Of a stretch of 64,000 nucleotides of DNA, positions 8,088 to 19,919 are shown piece after piece. The number at the start of each line of letters is the position of its first letter. Position 1 is the stretch's first letter. The position numbers and the translations under genes were made by a program. The stretch comes from Alphaproteobacteria bacterium (GTDB taxonomy: Bacteria > Pseudomonadota > Alphaproteobacteria > SP197): contig OZ219920.1 of the NCBI GenBank assembly GCA_964291415.2, forward strand, positions 672,001 to 736,000, given 5' to 3'. The notes beneath the pieces are model-generated. The model searched no databases. It was given only the letters and a program-made list of their open reading frames with translations, and was not told the DNA's origin.

Positions 8088-11000
8088 TTGCGCAAGGCTT
8101 TCTGGATAGCGGCAGCCCTCGTGGCCGTATTGCTGGCCGCCGGGGCGTTCTGGCACCTGACACGCGATCTCGACCGGTACCGTGGCGAGGTCGAGAAGCA
8201 GCTCGAGGCGCTGACCGGCCGCAACGTGACGGTTTCCGGCGACCTCGGCCTGGCGCTGGTTCCCGATCTCAAGGTGGCGTTGAGCGACGTCACCATCGGC
8301 GACGAGCATGCTCCCTGGCTCACCTTGCCGGAAGTCCACGCGGTCGTTTCCCTGACGTCGTTGCTCACCCTTGATCTCGCCATCGAGCGGATCAGGATTG
8401 TCGGGCCGGCGCTCACCATCGGCGGATCCGACATGGCCGGATCCCTCACCGCCGTCGGGACGACTCAGCATCCGGCGGTCAGGATCGACGCCGTCGAGAT
8501 CGTCGACGCCACGGTCACCTGGCACAGTGCGCTCCAGGGGACCCGGGTCTACGAAGGTCTCGATCTTGCCGTCGAGTCGAAGGGCGTGGACGGTCCCTTC
8601 GAGATTACCGGCAGCCTTTCGGGGAATGCCGGGGACTGGACACTCGACGGCGCCCTTGGACGGCTGACCCGACCGTCTCTTCCGGTGAGCCTTGCGATCG
8701 TGTCCGACGAGGGCGCCTCATTGCGGGCATCCGGGAGTCTCCAGGACTGGAAGCGAGAGGCCAGGTTTGCCGGCACCGTGAGACTGGATGTCCCCGATCT
8801 CGGAAGGCTGACCGGGCTCGCCGCGGCTCGAGCGCTGCCGGCGTCGTTTGATGCCGTAATGGCGATCAGCGCCGATGCGGTCGAGATCGGCGATCTCGCC
8901 CTGCAGCTCGACGATTCTGTCGCCTTCGGCGCCATTGAATCGTGGGAAGATCGGCTGGCGGTCCGCATGACCTCCAGCAAGCTTGATCTCGATCGCCTCG
9001 TGGCGCTGGCCGGGGAGATGGAGAGCGACCATCCGGCGATCGCCTGGCTGCGGGGACGCCATGTCTCCATGGATGTTGCGGTCGAGCATGCCCTCTACCG
9101 GAACCGGACGGCGCGACAGGTCGAGGTGGTGGCGTCCGTGGCCGATGGCACGGTTGACATCGAGCGGGCCGCCGCTCTCCTGCCGGGCAACACGAACGCC
9201 ATGGTGACCGGCGTCGCCACCATCAAGGGTGACGTGCCGATCTTCCGCGGCCCGCTTGACGTCACGTCGAGTGATCTCAGGAGCACACTCGCATGGCTCG
9301 GGGTGGACCTGGAGGGCATTCCCCGGGACCGGCTGAGGACTGCCCGGTTGTCGGCGCACTGTGAAGCGACGCCGGGTTCCGCGGTTCTGTCAGCCATGGA
9401 CCTTGTCCTCGATTCATCCCGTGTAACCGGGACACTCATCAGCCTCTTCGCCGGGAAGAGGAGTTTCATTGCCGATCTCGCCATCGATGAACTGGCGCTC
9501 GATGCCTATCTTCCCGCCGGCCTGCCGGACACCCTCCCGGGGACCGACTGGTCCGGAATCGCTCTCGATGTCAGGAGCGAGGTCGGAACACTGGTCATGG
9601 GCGATGTCGTCGCCGCCGAGGTGTTTGTCGACGGCGCCCTGAACCAGGGGACCCTGGAGTTTCGACGTCTCGAGGCACGAGATGTCTCGGGCGCCGCCGT
9701 CAGGGCCACGGGGACGATCGAGCCGGCTCACCGGACCCTGGCGTTCGACGTCGAGGCCGGGGCGGCCGACATTGGCGCCATCGCCCGCCGGGCAGGCATC
9801 GAAACGCCGTTCGATCTGCAGAAGCTGGGGACCGTGGACCTGTCGCTTTCCGCGCAGGGGACATTCGACGACATCGATCTCGAGGGCGCGTTGGCGACTG
9901 CGGTCGCGGAATTCTCCGTCCGGGGCCGCCTGGACCGGCCGCTCGCCGACCCGTCGTTCCGGGGCAACCTTGACGTCGAGGGCGAGAGCCTTGCGGCCGC
10001 AGCCGGCGTTGTCGGGCTGGATGTGCCGGGAGGAGAGGGAGAACCCTTCACACTGTCTGCCGACATCGATCTCGCACCTCCCGAGATGAGCCTTGCCGTC
10101 GCTGTCGAGACCCTTGGCGCCACGCTCGACGCCAGTGGCCGCCTGCGGAACGCGGTTCTGGATGGGGGCCGCGCCGTTCTCAAGCACGCCGATTCCGGGG
10201 ACCTGATGGACCGCTGGGGCCTTGCCGGGAGCGCGGACCTGGAAGGGCCGCTCGATATCGCCGTCAGGGCTGCCGGGTCGCTTGACGAGGGAAGGGTCGA
10301 GTTCGAGCGGGCAAGCGTCGGGCCGTCCTCGTTCGAAGGCGCGGCCGCGTGGTCGACAGCGGCCGCCCGGCCGATCATCCATCTTCGTCTCGCAGCGGAC
10401 ACCATCGTTCTCGATGCGCTGGCCAGCCGGATTCCCGGGATCGTCGAAGACGTGGATGGACGCATCGACCTCGCGGCGGATCGCCTCGTCGTCGGCGGCA
10501 TGACACTCGACGACGTTCTCCTGCGGTCTGCGGCCGAAGGAGGTGTCCTTCATATCGAGAGCCTGTCGGGATCCCTCTTTGGCGGGACGATTCTCGTCTC
10601 CGGCACAGCCAGCCACGGCCTTCCCCACGAGGTGACCTACTCCCTTGTCCTCGAAGACGGTGAACTGAGGGAGATTCTCGCTGCCCTGGCGGGACGGAAG
10701 ACGCTCTCCGGCCGTCTCCAGCTCGCGGTCGACGGAACAGCGCGTGGGCTCACCGGCGAAGACCTCCTGCAGAGCCTTGCCGGCGAGGGACGGATCTCGC
10801 TCCGGCGTGGCGCGGTGGAAGGTTTCGACTTTCAGGCCATGGCGGGTCTGCTGGCCGATGGCGGGGAGAGTTCCGACATTGCAGAAGAGATGTTGCGTTC
10901 CACCGGCGAGGGCACGTCGGAGATCATCACGGCCGGCGCCTCCCTTTCCGTGTCGAAGGGTGTCGCCCGGTCGGACGATCTCTCCGTCATCTTCAACGGC

Positions 11001-11450
11001 GCCGAAGGCATCTACGAGCTCGAGCTCGACCTGCCGCGCCGCTGGATCGATCTCGAAGGATCGGTGCAGCTGACCGGCGGCACCGGTCTTCCGGCGGTCG
11101 CCATGACCGTTGCCGGTCCCCTGGACGAGACGGACCTCGTCTTCGATACCAGGCTGCTGGAGACACATCTCGTCAGCGAACCCATTCCACTGCCGGAAGA
11201 CAAGCCGCCCGTTCCCTCCGATGAGACCGTTGACGACGATATCCTGGCAGCGGCCGAATCCGACGCGCCGGAGAGCGAAACCCTCGTCAACGAGCCACGG
11301 GAAGATGACGGCTCACTGCTTCTCTGGGTCCTGGATGAGGATGAAGGAGGTACTGAATTGCCGGAACCTCAGCCAGCCGAAACGGACGAGGGTGACCAGG
11401 ACGTCAAGGGAGATGAGGAAAACGGCAGTATCCTGCGTCTGCTCGACTGA
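8088..11450 (+). CDS. AsmA-family envelope protein
   Basis: N-terminal TM followed by DLDRYRGEVEKQLEALTGRNVTVSGDL; long beta-rich body; AsmA-like C-terminus (GAVEGFD..); acidic tail. Confidence 0.8.
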   Translation: MRKAFWIAAALVAVLLAAGAFWHLTRDLDRYRGEVEKQLEALTGRNVTVSGDLGLALVPDLKVALSDVTIGDEHAPWLTLPEVHAVVSLTSLLTLDLAIERIRIVGPALTIGGSDMAGSLTAVGTTQHPAVRIDAVEIVDATVTWHSALQGTRVYEGLDLAVESKGVDGPFEITGSLSGNAGDWTLDGALGRLTRPSLPVSLAIVSDEGASLRASGSLQDWKREARFAGTVRLDVPDLGRLTGLAAARALPASFDAVMAISADAVEIGDLALQLDDSVAFGAIESWEDRLAVRMTSSKLDLDRLVALAGEMESDHPAIAWLRGRHVSMDVAVEHALYRNRTARQVEVVASVADGTVDIERAAALLPGNTNAMVTGVATIKGDVPIFRGPLDVTSSDLRSTLAWLGVDLEGIPRDRLRTARLSAHCEATPGSAVLSAMDLVLDSSRVTGTLISLFAGKRSFIADLAIDELALDAYLPAGLPDTLPGTDWSGIALDVRSEVGTLVMGDVVAAEVFVDGALNQGTLEFRRLEARDVSGAAVRATGTIEPAHRTLAFDVEAGAADIGAIARRAGIETPFDLQKLGTVDLSLSAQGTFDDIDLEGALATAVAEFSVRGRLDRPLADPSFRGNLDVEGESLAAAAGVVGLDVPGGEGEPFTLSADIDLAPPEMSLAVAVETLGATLDASGRLRNAVLDGGRAVLKHADSGDLMDRWGLAGSADLEGPLDIAVRAAGSLDEGRVEFERASVGPSSFEGAAAWSTAAARPIIHLRLAADTIVLDALASRIPGIVEDVDGRIDLAADRLVVGGMTLDDVLLRSAAEGGVLHIESLSGSLFGGTILVSGTASHGLPHEVTYSLVLEDGELREILAALAGRKTLSGRLQLAVDGTARGLTGEDLLQSLAGEGRISLRRGAVEGFDFQAMAGLLADGGESSDIAEEMLRSTGEGTSEIITAGASLSVSKGVARSDDLSVIFNGAEGIYELELDLPRRWIDLEGSVQLTGGTGLPAVAMTVAGPLDETDLVFDTRLLETHLVSEPIPLPEDKPPVPSDETVDDDILAAAESDAPESETLVNEPREDDGSLLLWVLDEDEGGTELPEPQPAETDEGDQDVKGDEENGSILRLLD

Positions 11451-11651
11451 ATGCACGCTTGTCATACGCTCTGAGCAGGTCCGGCAGTGCGCATCCGGGC
11501 CAGGATTTCGGCCCGGATTTGTTCGAGCAGAAACAGACCGTCCCCCCTTTGGCGCTGGCCGACCTCGTGATCAGACATGCGGACTGCGCCCGGGATACGG
11601 GCGCCGCAATGCGGTCGAAGTCCGCCCCGAATCGTGCAGATTATCGCTACG

Positions 11652-12286
11652 TTACGGAATGTTCCCACGTGAATGGCGCCAGGCGATCATGCCCTGCAGG
11701 AGTTCGGCAGTCGAATAGTCCCGGATGTCGTCATCCGAGAATCCAAGACTGCTCTGGCGCTGATGGTACCAATCCTGGAAGTTCTCGTAGTCGGTCAGAA
11801 CCCGAGAGGCGCCGATGGCCTCGAAGCCCGGCAATCCGGCAAGCCAGTTCCGTACTTCCTGACGGCGACTTGGTAGTCTCCATAATGGGCCTCAATGTCT
11901 GAACCGGCGAGGTCCGAGATTGCTGCCTGGTACCGATATCGCTCTTCTTCAAGTACGAGAATGACCTTGTCCTTCATCTGTCCCGCACCGAAGCGGCGGC
12001 ATCCGAAGTCCAGACCCAGTTCGAAGGGCATGTTGAGGCGATAGTACTCTCCCCCGACCCGGGCCTGACATCGGCACAGATCATGAATGGAGTATCGGGA
12101 CGATTGGATGAGTTCGACTATCTTGCTGATACGTGTCTCGCCTGCATCGCTGCGTTCGGCGGCAATTCGCGGTTTCAGATCGAATCGCACCAGGCAAAAC
12201 AGCGCGGCTTGCAGAATGTGATCGTAATCGTCGTCCAAAGGGCAATTCACGAAGACGTTTCGATCGAAATCACTGTTCTTTGGCAA
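11652..12286 (-). pseudogene. Nucleoside 2-deoxyribosyltransferase/TIR-like Rossmannoid protein, frameshifted near 11855
   Basis: FDRNVFVNCP...RISKIVELIQSSRYSIHDL...RLNMPFELGLDFG; adding one G (AAG-GTA-CGG-AAC-TGG) joins ...VAVRK to VRNWLAGLPGFEAIG...ELLQGMIAW. Confidence 0.7.
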
Positions 12287-12292
12287 AGGGTG

Positions 12293-12517
12293 CTATCCGC
12301 GCGATCGAGAAGGCTCGGTCCCGCAGGAATCACGTTTGCGAATGCGGCCATCTGGTCCGTAGATGAGCACTTCGCCGCCTTGATTGCGGACGATCCCTCG
12401 AGCGACCTTGATCGCTTCCTGCTGGGTGTCGAAGTGGCGCGTAACCCTTTCAGCGCCCGATTTGTGGATCGCCCATCTCTTCCCGCGCGGAACAACATGC
12501 TGGTTCTTGGTCGTCAC
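12293..12517 (-). CDS. DUF2188 family small protein
   Basis: KNQHVVPRGKRWAIHKSGAERVTRHFDTQQEAIKVARGIVRNQGGEVLIYGPDGRIRKRDS, the typical DUF2188 pattern. Confidence 0.85.
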   Translation of the reverse strand: MTTKNQHVVPRGKRWAIHKSGAERVTRHFDTQQEAIKVARGIVRNQGGEVLIYGPDGRIRKRDSCGTEPSRSRG

Positions 12518-12716
12518 TGGCTGGTCCCGCGGATGGTGCGACAACCAATGTACCACGACATTCGTGAAGGTACTCGGTTACACCATTGCGAAACGCCGCG
12601 ACCGGGATTCCGGCTTTGGCCGCATCATTGCAAGCCCCTGAGGGAGGGCCAGGCAAGACGCAGGGACATCAGTGCAGCCCCAGCCTCATGTGAGGTCGAG
12701 AGTCATCACCGGCTCT

Positions 12717-12793
12717 GACAATGATAATCATTCGCAAAAGTGTTGACATGCAGTCGGCGATGCTTCAAAGGTGCGCTAATGATAATCATTCGC
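12717..12793 (+). promoter_or_regulatory. Two Fur-box-like operators flanking a TTGACA -35 upstream of futA
   Basis: gacAATGATAATCATTCGC (12717-12735) and gctAATGATAATCATTCGC (12775-12793) resemble the Fur consensus GATAATGATAATCATTATC; TTGACA at 12743-12748. Confidence 0.8.
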
Positions 12794-12808
12794 AATGAAG
12801 AGGAGAAC

Positions 12809-13822
12809 ATGATGTTCGTGCGAATTGTTGCGCTCGCTCTCGCTGTCCTGTCGCTGCCGGCGGCGGCGGATGGCGAGGTCAATCTCTATACGGCACGCCA
12901 CTACGATGCCGACGCCCAGCTCTACGAGGCCTTCCGCGAGGCTACCGGGGTCACTGTCAACGTCATCGAGGACAAGGCCGGGGCCCTGATGGAAAGGATG
13001 AGGATCGAAGGCGAGAACAGTCCCGTCGATGTCTTCATGACCGCCGATGCCTCGAACCTGATGTCCGCCGCCCTCGATGGTCTGCTCCAGGGCATCTCCT
13101 CGGCAGAACTGGAGTCCCGCATACCCGCTTCCCTGCGCCACCCCGATGGCGAATGGTTTGCCTTCACCAGGCGCGCCCGCGTGATCATGGTGAGCAGGGA
13201 TTTCGACGCGACGGGTCTCGAACGCTACGAGGACCTCGCGGATCCGCGGTTTGCCGACACCATCTGCATCCGTTCATCCGGAAACATCTACAACCAGTCT
13301 CTCGTGGCCTCGCTCATCGTCGCCAATGGCGATGACGACACCGCCCGATGGGTGAAGGGGCTGGTGGCGAACATGGCGCGCGAACCGGAATCCAACGATA
13401 CCGGCCAGATCAAGGCGGTGGCCGCCGGCCAGTGCGAGATCGCTGTGGCCAACACCTACTACCTGGCGCGCCTTGCGGGGTCCGACGATCCGGCCAATCG
13501 CGATATCGCCGATGCCATCCGTGTCATCATGCCGAACCAGGGTGACCGCGGGGTCCATGTCAACATTTCAGGGGCCGGTGTGGCCGCCAACGCTCCCAAC
13601 CGCGACAACGCCATCGCCTTCCTGGAGTTCCTGGCCAGCGACATGGCGCAGCAGGTCTTTGCCGACAGCAACAACGAATGGCCGGTGGTCGACGGCATCG
13701 CCCATGCGGACGTGCTCGACGACCTTTATGGAGACTTCGTCGCCGACGAACTCGATGCGGCGGTGTTCGGCGCCAACCGCGCCCGCGCTCTCGGGATCAT
13801 GGAAGAGAACGGCTGGAAGTAG
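12809..13822 (+). CDS. futA: Fe(3+) ABC transporter substrate-binding protein (FutA/FbpA)
   Basis: Signal peptide, EVNLYTARHY, EGENSPVDVF, ICIRSSGNIYNQSL, ANTYY, GVHVNISG; RBS GAAGGAG. Confidence 0.92.
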   Translation: MMFVRIVALALAVLSLPAAADGEVNLYTARHYDADAQLYEAFREATGVTVNVIEDKAGALMERMRIEGENSPVDVFMTADASNLMSAALDGLLQGISSAELESRIPASLRHPDGEWFAFTRRARVIMVSRDFDATGLERYEDLADPRFADTICIRSSGNIYNQSLVASLIVANGDDDTARWVKGLVANMAREPESNDTGQIKAVAAGQCEIAVANTYYLARLAGSDDPANRDIADAIRVIMPNQGDRGVHVNISGAGVAANAPNRDNAIAFLEFLASDMAQQVFADSNNEWPVVDGIAHADVLDDLYGDFVADELDAAVFGANRARALGIMEENGWK

Positions 13823-13835
13823 TCGTCCGGCCATC

Positions 13836-13869
13836 CCCGGTCACGGCCGTGATCCCGGCCGTGACCGGG
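13836..13869. terminator. Perfect hairpin between convergent futA and futB
   Basis: cccggtcacggccg-tgatcc-cggccgtgaccggg, 14-bp stem overlapping the futB stop; no U-tract. Confidence 0.5.
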
Positions 13870-15507
13870 CGATCCTGCCGGAGAGCAGGATGACCGGGAG
13901 AATTCCCGCCAGCACAATGGCCAGCGCCGCCGTCGAGGCCTCGGCCAGCCGTTCGTCCGCCGCCAGTCTCCACGTCCTGGTGGCCAGGGTCTCGAAGTTG
14001 AAGGGGCGCACCAGCAGGGTGGCCGGCAGTTCCTTGAGAACATCGACGAAGACCAGCAGGCCGCCTGTGAGGAGGCTGCCCCGCAACAGCGGGGCATGGA
14101 TTTCGGCCAGGGTGGAGAAGGGGCTGCGTCCCAGCGACCTCGAGGCGCCGTCCATGGCCGGGGTCACCCTGGCGAGTCCCGCATCGGTACTGTTGTAGGC
14201 AACGGCGAGGAACCGGACCACATAGGCAAGGAGCAGCGCAGCGATCGAGCCGGTCAGCAGCAGGCCTGTCGACACGCCGAAAGCCGCCTCCATGAAGGAA
14301 TCGAGACGGTTGTCGAACCAGGCAAGGGGGACCAGGACCCCGACCGCGATGACCGATCCCGGGATGGCATAGCCCATGGAGGCGACCCGTGCGGCGCCAA
14401 TCGTCAGCGGGCCGGCCGCGAGGCGCGCCGCGTAACCCAGCGTCAGGGCCGCACAGACGGCCAGGACGGCAGCCAGTCCGGCCACCAGGACCGAGTTTCC
14501 GGCGTAGGTCGTGAACGCCGCAAGGGGCATCGAATCGCCCGAGGCGACCGAGAGTTCGAGGAGCAGGGAGACCGGCACCACGAATCCCAGCACGACCGGC
14601 AGGACGGTGGCAAGGAAGGCGGCCCAGGCCCTGATTCCGCCAAGGGCGAAACGCGGCAACGGCTGGAAGCGGCCCGTTCCCGTCACATAGCGGGCCCGGC
14701 CCCGGGAACCCCTCTCCAGGAGAATCACGGCCAGGGCGAAGAAGAGCAGGATGTTGGCCAGCTGTGCCGCGCCTTCCGGGGAGCCCCTGATGAACCAGGT
14801 GCGGTAGATCCCGGTGGTGAAAGTCTGGACCCCGAAGAACTCGACGGTTCCGAAGTCCGCGAGCGTTTCCATGAGTGCCAGGGCGAGGCCGGCGGCAATT
14901 CCGGGGCGGGCCATGGGTACGGCAACGCGGGCGAATGCGGACCACGGGCCGAGGCCCAGCGAACGGGCGACACCGAGCGCCTGGACCGACTGTGACAGGA
15001 ACGCGTTGCGCGCCAGAAGATAGACATACGGGTAGAGCACCAGCGACAGCATGGCGATGGCACCGGGCGTGGAGCGGATTTCGGGGAACCAGTAGTCATG
15101 GCGGCTCCAGCCCGCGAGATCGCGAAGGAGGGTCTGCAGTGGCCCGGCGAACTCCAGGAAATCGGTGTAGGCGTAGGCGATGACGTAGGCCGGAGCGGCG
15201 AAGGGCAGCAGCAGCAGCCATTCCATGTGGCGCCGGCCCGGAAACTCGCACATGGTGACGAGCCACGCGGTTCCGGTGCCGATGGTCCCGGCAACCACGG
15301 CCACTCCGGCCAGCAGGACCACGGTGTTGACGACATAGACCGAGAGAATGCGATCGACGAGGCCGGCCCACACGACGCCGCTGCCGGTGAAGAGATTCGA
15401 GACCACGGCAAGGATGGGAAGGGAGACGATGGCGGCGATGACCATGGCCGCCGCGGGGAAGAGCGGGCGCCAGCCGGAAGCGGGCCGAAACTGTCCGACC
15501 GACAGCC

Positions 15508-15511
<4 letters not shown>
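13841..15511 (-). CDS. futB: Fe(3+) ABC transporter permease (FutB/FbpB)
   Basis: Two permease halves; [57 protein letters not shown]. Confidence 0.92.
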
Positions 15512-16911
<1,400 letters not shown>

Positions 16912-16998
16912 GGACTTAGAGGTCCTACGTCAATTCAGGTTCCTCTTACCACACTGCGCCGCGGCCTTGCGAACGATTCTCAGTCGTGGATTGCGGCG

Positions 16999-17454
16999 CT
17001 ACTTCTTGCGGAAGGAATCGAGGGAGACGATGGTGCCGCCGCTTTCAGGCTGCTCCGGCTCTTCCTCCTCGGAAGGCTCTGTTTCCTCGAAAGGCACGCC
17101 CTCGTGACTCTTGAAGTTCAGCCCGAACTTGACGCTCGGGTCGACGAACGAGGTGACGGCGGTCCAGGGAACGCCGAGTTCGTGGGGCATGCGGTCAAAT
17201 GAAAGACCGATGGAAAAGCCTTCTTCGTCGACCTCGAGATTCCAGAACTGATTCTGGATGACGATCGTGATGTCTTCGGGATAGCGGGCCTTCAGGGCCT
17301 TGGCCATCCTGACGCCGGGGTGGTCGGTGCGGAAGGTGATGTAGAAGTGGTGGTCTCCGGGCAAGCCGTCACGCGCGGCGATTTCGAGGGCGCGGGCGAC
17401 GACGCTGCGCAGGGCGCCGTCAACCAGGAGTCCATAGTGGATGGAATCATTCAT
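16999..17454 (-). CDS. sspB: Alphaproteobacterial SspB, ClpXP adaptor for ssrA-tagged proteins
   Basis: GLPGDHHFYITFRT..PGV, YPEDITIVIQNQFWNL, FVDPSVKFGL, C-terminal IVSLDSFRKK; directly downstream of ssrA. Confidence 0.93.
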   Translation of the reverse strand: MNDSIHYGLLVDGALRSVVARALEIAARDGLPGDHHFYITFRTDHPGVRMAKALKARYPEDITIVIQNQFWNLEVDEEGFSIGLSFDRMPHELGVPWTAVTSFVDPSVKFGLNFKSHEGVPFEETEPSEEEEPEQPESGGTIVSLDSFRKK

Positions 17455-17485
17455 CGTTCGACCGGACCGTCAGGGACCGACATGA

Positions 17486-17740
17486 TGGAGGGCTTCTGTT
17501 GCCCGGTGCCCTCCAAACCGCGCTTGTCGCTCAAGCGGCGACAGCGAACGCCTCATTGTCGTTGGCGTTTGTGTGATTGACCCGATAACGGCGGTATCAT
17601 ACCGGGCGAAAATCGCACCTTTACCACGCACGTCGATCCTGGTTCGCCCCCATAGGTTTATGGTGGAGGCGGCGGGTACTGCCCCCGCGTCCGCAACGTC
17701 TATTCCGAACGACGTTTATCGCCATAGCCCGGCGCACCGG
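17486..17740 (-). ncRNA. ssrA: tmRNA, circularly permuted two-piece type; tag (A)ANDNEAFAVAA*
   Basis: Acceptor piece ends ...CCCGCCGCCTCCACCA at 17661; short spacer; coding piece starts GGGGGCG at 17651 (7-bp stem with G3.U70); tag frame 17566-17531; GGAGGGC/GCCCTCC 3' hairpin. Confidence 0.95.
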
Positions 17741-17749
17741 GCAACCCGA

Positions 17750-17779
17750 CATATAGGCGCAACGCCGCTGCCATGCAAC
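17750..17779 (-). promoter_or_regulatory. Putative sigma70 promoter of ssrA
   Basis: Minus strand TTGCAT-N16-CTATAT just upstream of the acceptor piece; decayed in the right repeat copy. Confidence 0.55.
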
Positions 17780-17829
17780 CCTTTTCCGGGCGACCCCGCA
17801 GCAAGCGGATGCGAAGAGCCTCAGCCGCC

Positions 17830-18060
17830 ATCGCCTGCCCGGCAGATCCGAAGAGCGGCTTGCCGTAGCCGTCGCACACGATTCTCCGAAGGCCCCGGAG
17901 TCTGGACCAGAGAGACCCCCGGTTTCCTGCGGTTCAGCGCCCGCAATTCCGGGAAGGTGCGTGCCGGCGGCACGCTGAAGACGGCACCGGAGTGGCAACC
18001 TCCGGCCCGGCGCAACGCCCTGCCGGCTACCTCCGCCGGGGCGTCATGATCCGCCGTGGA
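17830..18060 (-). pseudogene. Possible LysR substrate-binding-domain relic
   Basis: EVAGRALRRAGG..SGAVFSVPP..LRALNRRKPGVSLVQTPGPSENRVRRLRQ weakly resembles the start of a LysR effector domain. Confidence 0.25.
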
Positions 18061-18154
18061 ACATCGTCGCACGACCAGACCGGCCATGCCCATCCCGGGC
18101 AGGCTCCGACCACCGCACGACACGTCAGGGTCGTGCGGCGCACGCTCCCGGGAC

Positions 18155-19762
18155 CTAGGCCGGGCCGATGCGACGCGGACGAATGCGCGCGTTCGGAATG
18201 AAGTTCATGTTCACGTGATCGCGCACCAGCCAGCCGATCTGCACGTGGTTGATCGGCACGTAGGCGGCGTCCTCCCACATGAGCTGCATCATGCGCTGGT
18301 ACTTCTGGTCGCGCTCTTCCGCGACGACCGACGTGAACGCCTCCTCGTTCAGCCGTGTGTACTCGTCGCTGCGCCAGCGTTCCCAGTTCCAGTCGCCGAC
18401 GCCGGCGGTGGTGAACCATTGCGTCGCGCGGTTCGGATCGGGCGACGACGTCCACTGCTGGAAGATCAGCTGCAGGTCCTTCCAGTCATCGCCCTTCACC
18501 TCCAGCCCCAGGTTCCAGAAGGTCCCGCCTTCGTACTTGCGCACTTCGACGTTGACGCCGATCTGTGCAAGTTGCGCCTGGATGATCTGGCAGGCCGCCA
18601 CCTGCGCGTCGGAGTTGAGCACCGTGATGTGGGTGTCGAAGCCGTTCGGAAACCCGGCTTCGGCCAGCAACTGCCTGGCTTTCTCGAGGTCCGGTTTCGG
18701 TCGCTCCACGTCCCAGTAGCCCTCCAGGCCGGGCGCGATGATACCGGTGCCTACCGTGGCGGCGCCGAAGTAGGCGCCATCGTTGATTTCCTCGGCATCG
18801 ATGGCGGCCTGGATCGCACGGCGAACGCGAACGTCGCCGAACGGCTCGTGATCGACGTTCATGCCCATCCACGTGAAACCGGTCGTCTGCGCGGTCACCA
18901 GCTTGGAATTCTCCGGCACGTTTTCCCTGAACTCGGGAATCGAGCTTTCGGCGATGTCGGTCGCCTGGAGGTCACCCGCCAGGTAGGCAAGCTCGGCCGA
19001 CTTGTGGCTTGCGACATGCGTGAAACGCAACTCGTCCCAATACACCTCGTCGACGCCTTCCACGCCAGCCGCGTTGGGGTACGGCGTATGCTCGTCGTTG
19101 CGAACGAGTACCACGGTACCCGTGGTGGGGGAGAATTCGCCGATCTTGTAGGGCCCGGACCAGGCCGGCGGTTCGAAGGTGAACTTGCCACCGATCTCTT
19201 CCATCGCCTCCTTGCAGACGATGGCGGCCATGTCGCGCGGCAACGTGTTGGTGAACAGGTTCGCCTGGGGCGCCTTCATGATGATCACGCCATCCTGCGG
19301 GCCGTCGACGCCGACCTCGATGAGCTGCGTCCATTCCATGCGGTTGGTCGCCGTCTCGGTGAACGCGATACGCTCGATGGAATACTTGAAATCCTCGACG
19401 GAAACGTTGCCGTATCCGCCGCTCCACGTGATGCCGGGGCGCAGGCGAAAACGCAGTCGGGTGGGCGTTTCGTATTCGATCATCTCGGCAGCAGACAGGT
19501 GCCAGCCCCACGTGTCGCCGCTGTTGTACTCGACCAGGCGCTCGAACAGGGCGTGCATCACAACGGTATCGGTTTCAGAAATCGTGATCAGCGGGTCGAA
19601 TGAATGATACTCGTTGCGAACCCGTATGTTCAGGACCTTGCCGTCCGCAGCCCATGAGACATTGGGACCAGCGAACGCCAGGACGCCGGCGGCGCCGGCG
19701 TGCTGCAACACTTGTCTGCGGTTCAGTCTGATTGGTGGTAGCACGGTTGTCTCCTCCGTCAT
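18155..19762 (-). CDS. ABC transporter substrate-binding protein, family 5 (peptide/nickel type), Tat-exported
   Basis: LNRRQVLQ Tat motif, FRLRPGITWS, SGPYKIGEF, PFGDVRVRRAIQAAID, DLEKARQLLAEAGFPNGF. Confidence 0.9.
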   Translation of the reverse strand: MTEETTVLPPIRLNRRQVLQHAGAAGVLAFAGPNVSWAADGKVLNIRVRNEYHSFDPLITISETDTVVMHALFERLVEYNSGDTWGWHLSAAEMIEYETPTRLRFRLRPGITWSGGYGNVSVEDFKYSIERIAFTETATNRMEWTQLIEVGVDGPQDGVIIMKAPQANLFTNTLPRDMAAIVCKEAMEEIGGKFTFEPPAWSGPYKIGEFSPTTGTVVLVRNDEHTPYPNAAGVEGVDEVYWDELRFTHVASHKSAELAYLAGDLQATDIAESSIPEFRENVPENSKLVTAQTTGFTWMGMNVDHEPFGDVRVRRAIQAAIDAEEINDGAYFGAATVGTGIIAPGLEGYWDVERPKPDLEKARQLLAEAGFPNGFDTHITVLNSDAQVAACQIIQAQLAQIGVNVEVRKYEGGTFWNLGLEVKGDDWKDLQLIFQQWTSSPDPNRATQWFTTAGVGDWNWERWRSDEYTRLNEEAFTSVVAEERDQKYQRMMQLMWEDAAYVPINHVQIGWLVRDHVNMNFIPNARIRPRRIGPA

Positions 19763-19919
19763 TTCTTCGTTAAACGACACGCTGGATCTTCGATCCCGAC
19801 GAAACGGGAGCACGACAGACAAGCGCCGCGAAGATCAGCCAGCGATGAACTTCGGATCCTCCGTCCGATCATAGCATCGAAGGAACGGCGTGACCAACGG
19901 CGCGCCTTGTGCGCCCATG

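Larger units (their letters stand above)
17395..17814. repeat. Left copy of ~420 bp direct repeat (sspB 5' end + ssrA + promoter), intact
   Basis: Aligns with 48819-49233 from ggcgacgacgctgcgcaggg to cttttccgggcgacccc..gcggatgcga. Confidence 0.92.

Noticed and set aside
17661-17700. tRNA gene (T-arm plus CCA), also at 49081
   Set aside because: No anticodon arm; it is the acceptor piece of the permuted tmRNA
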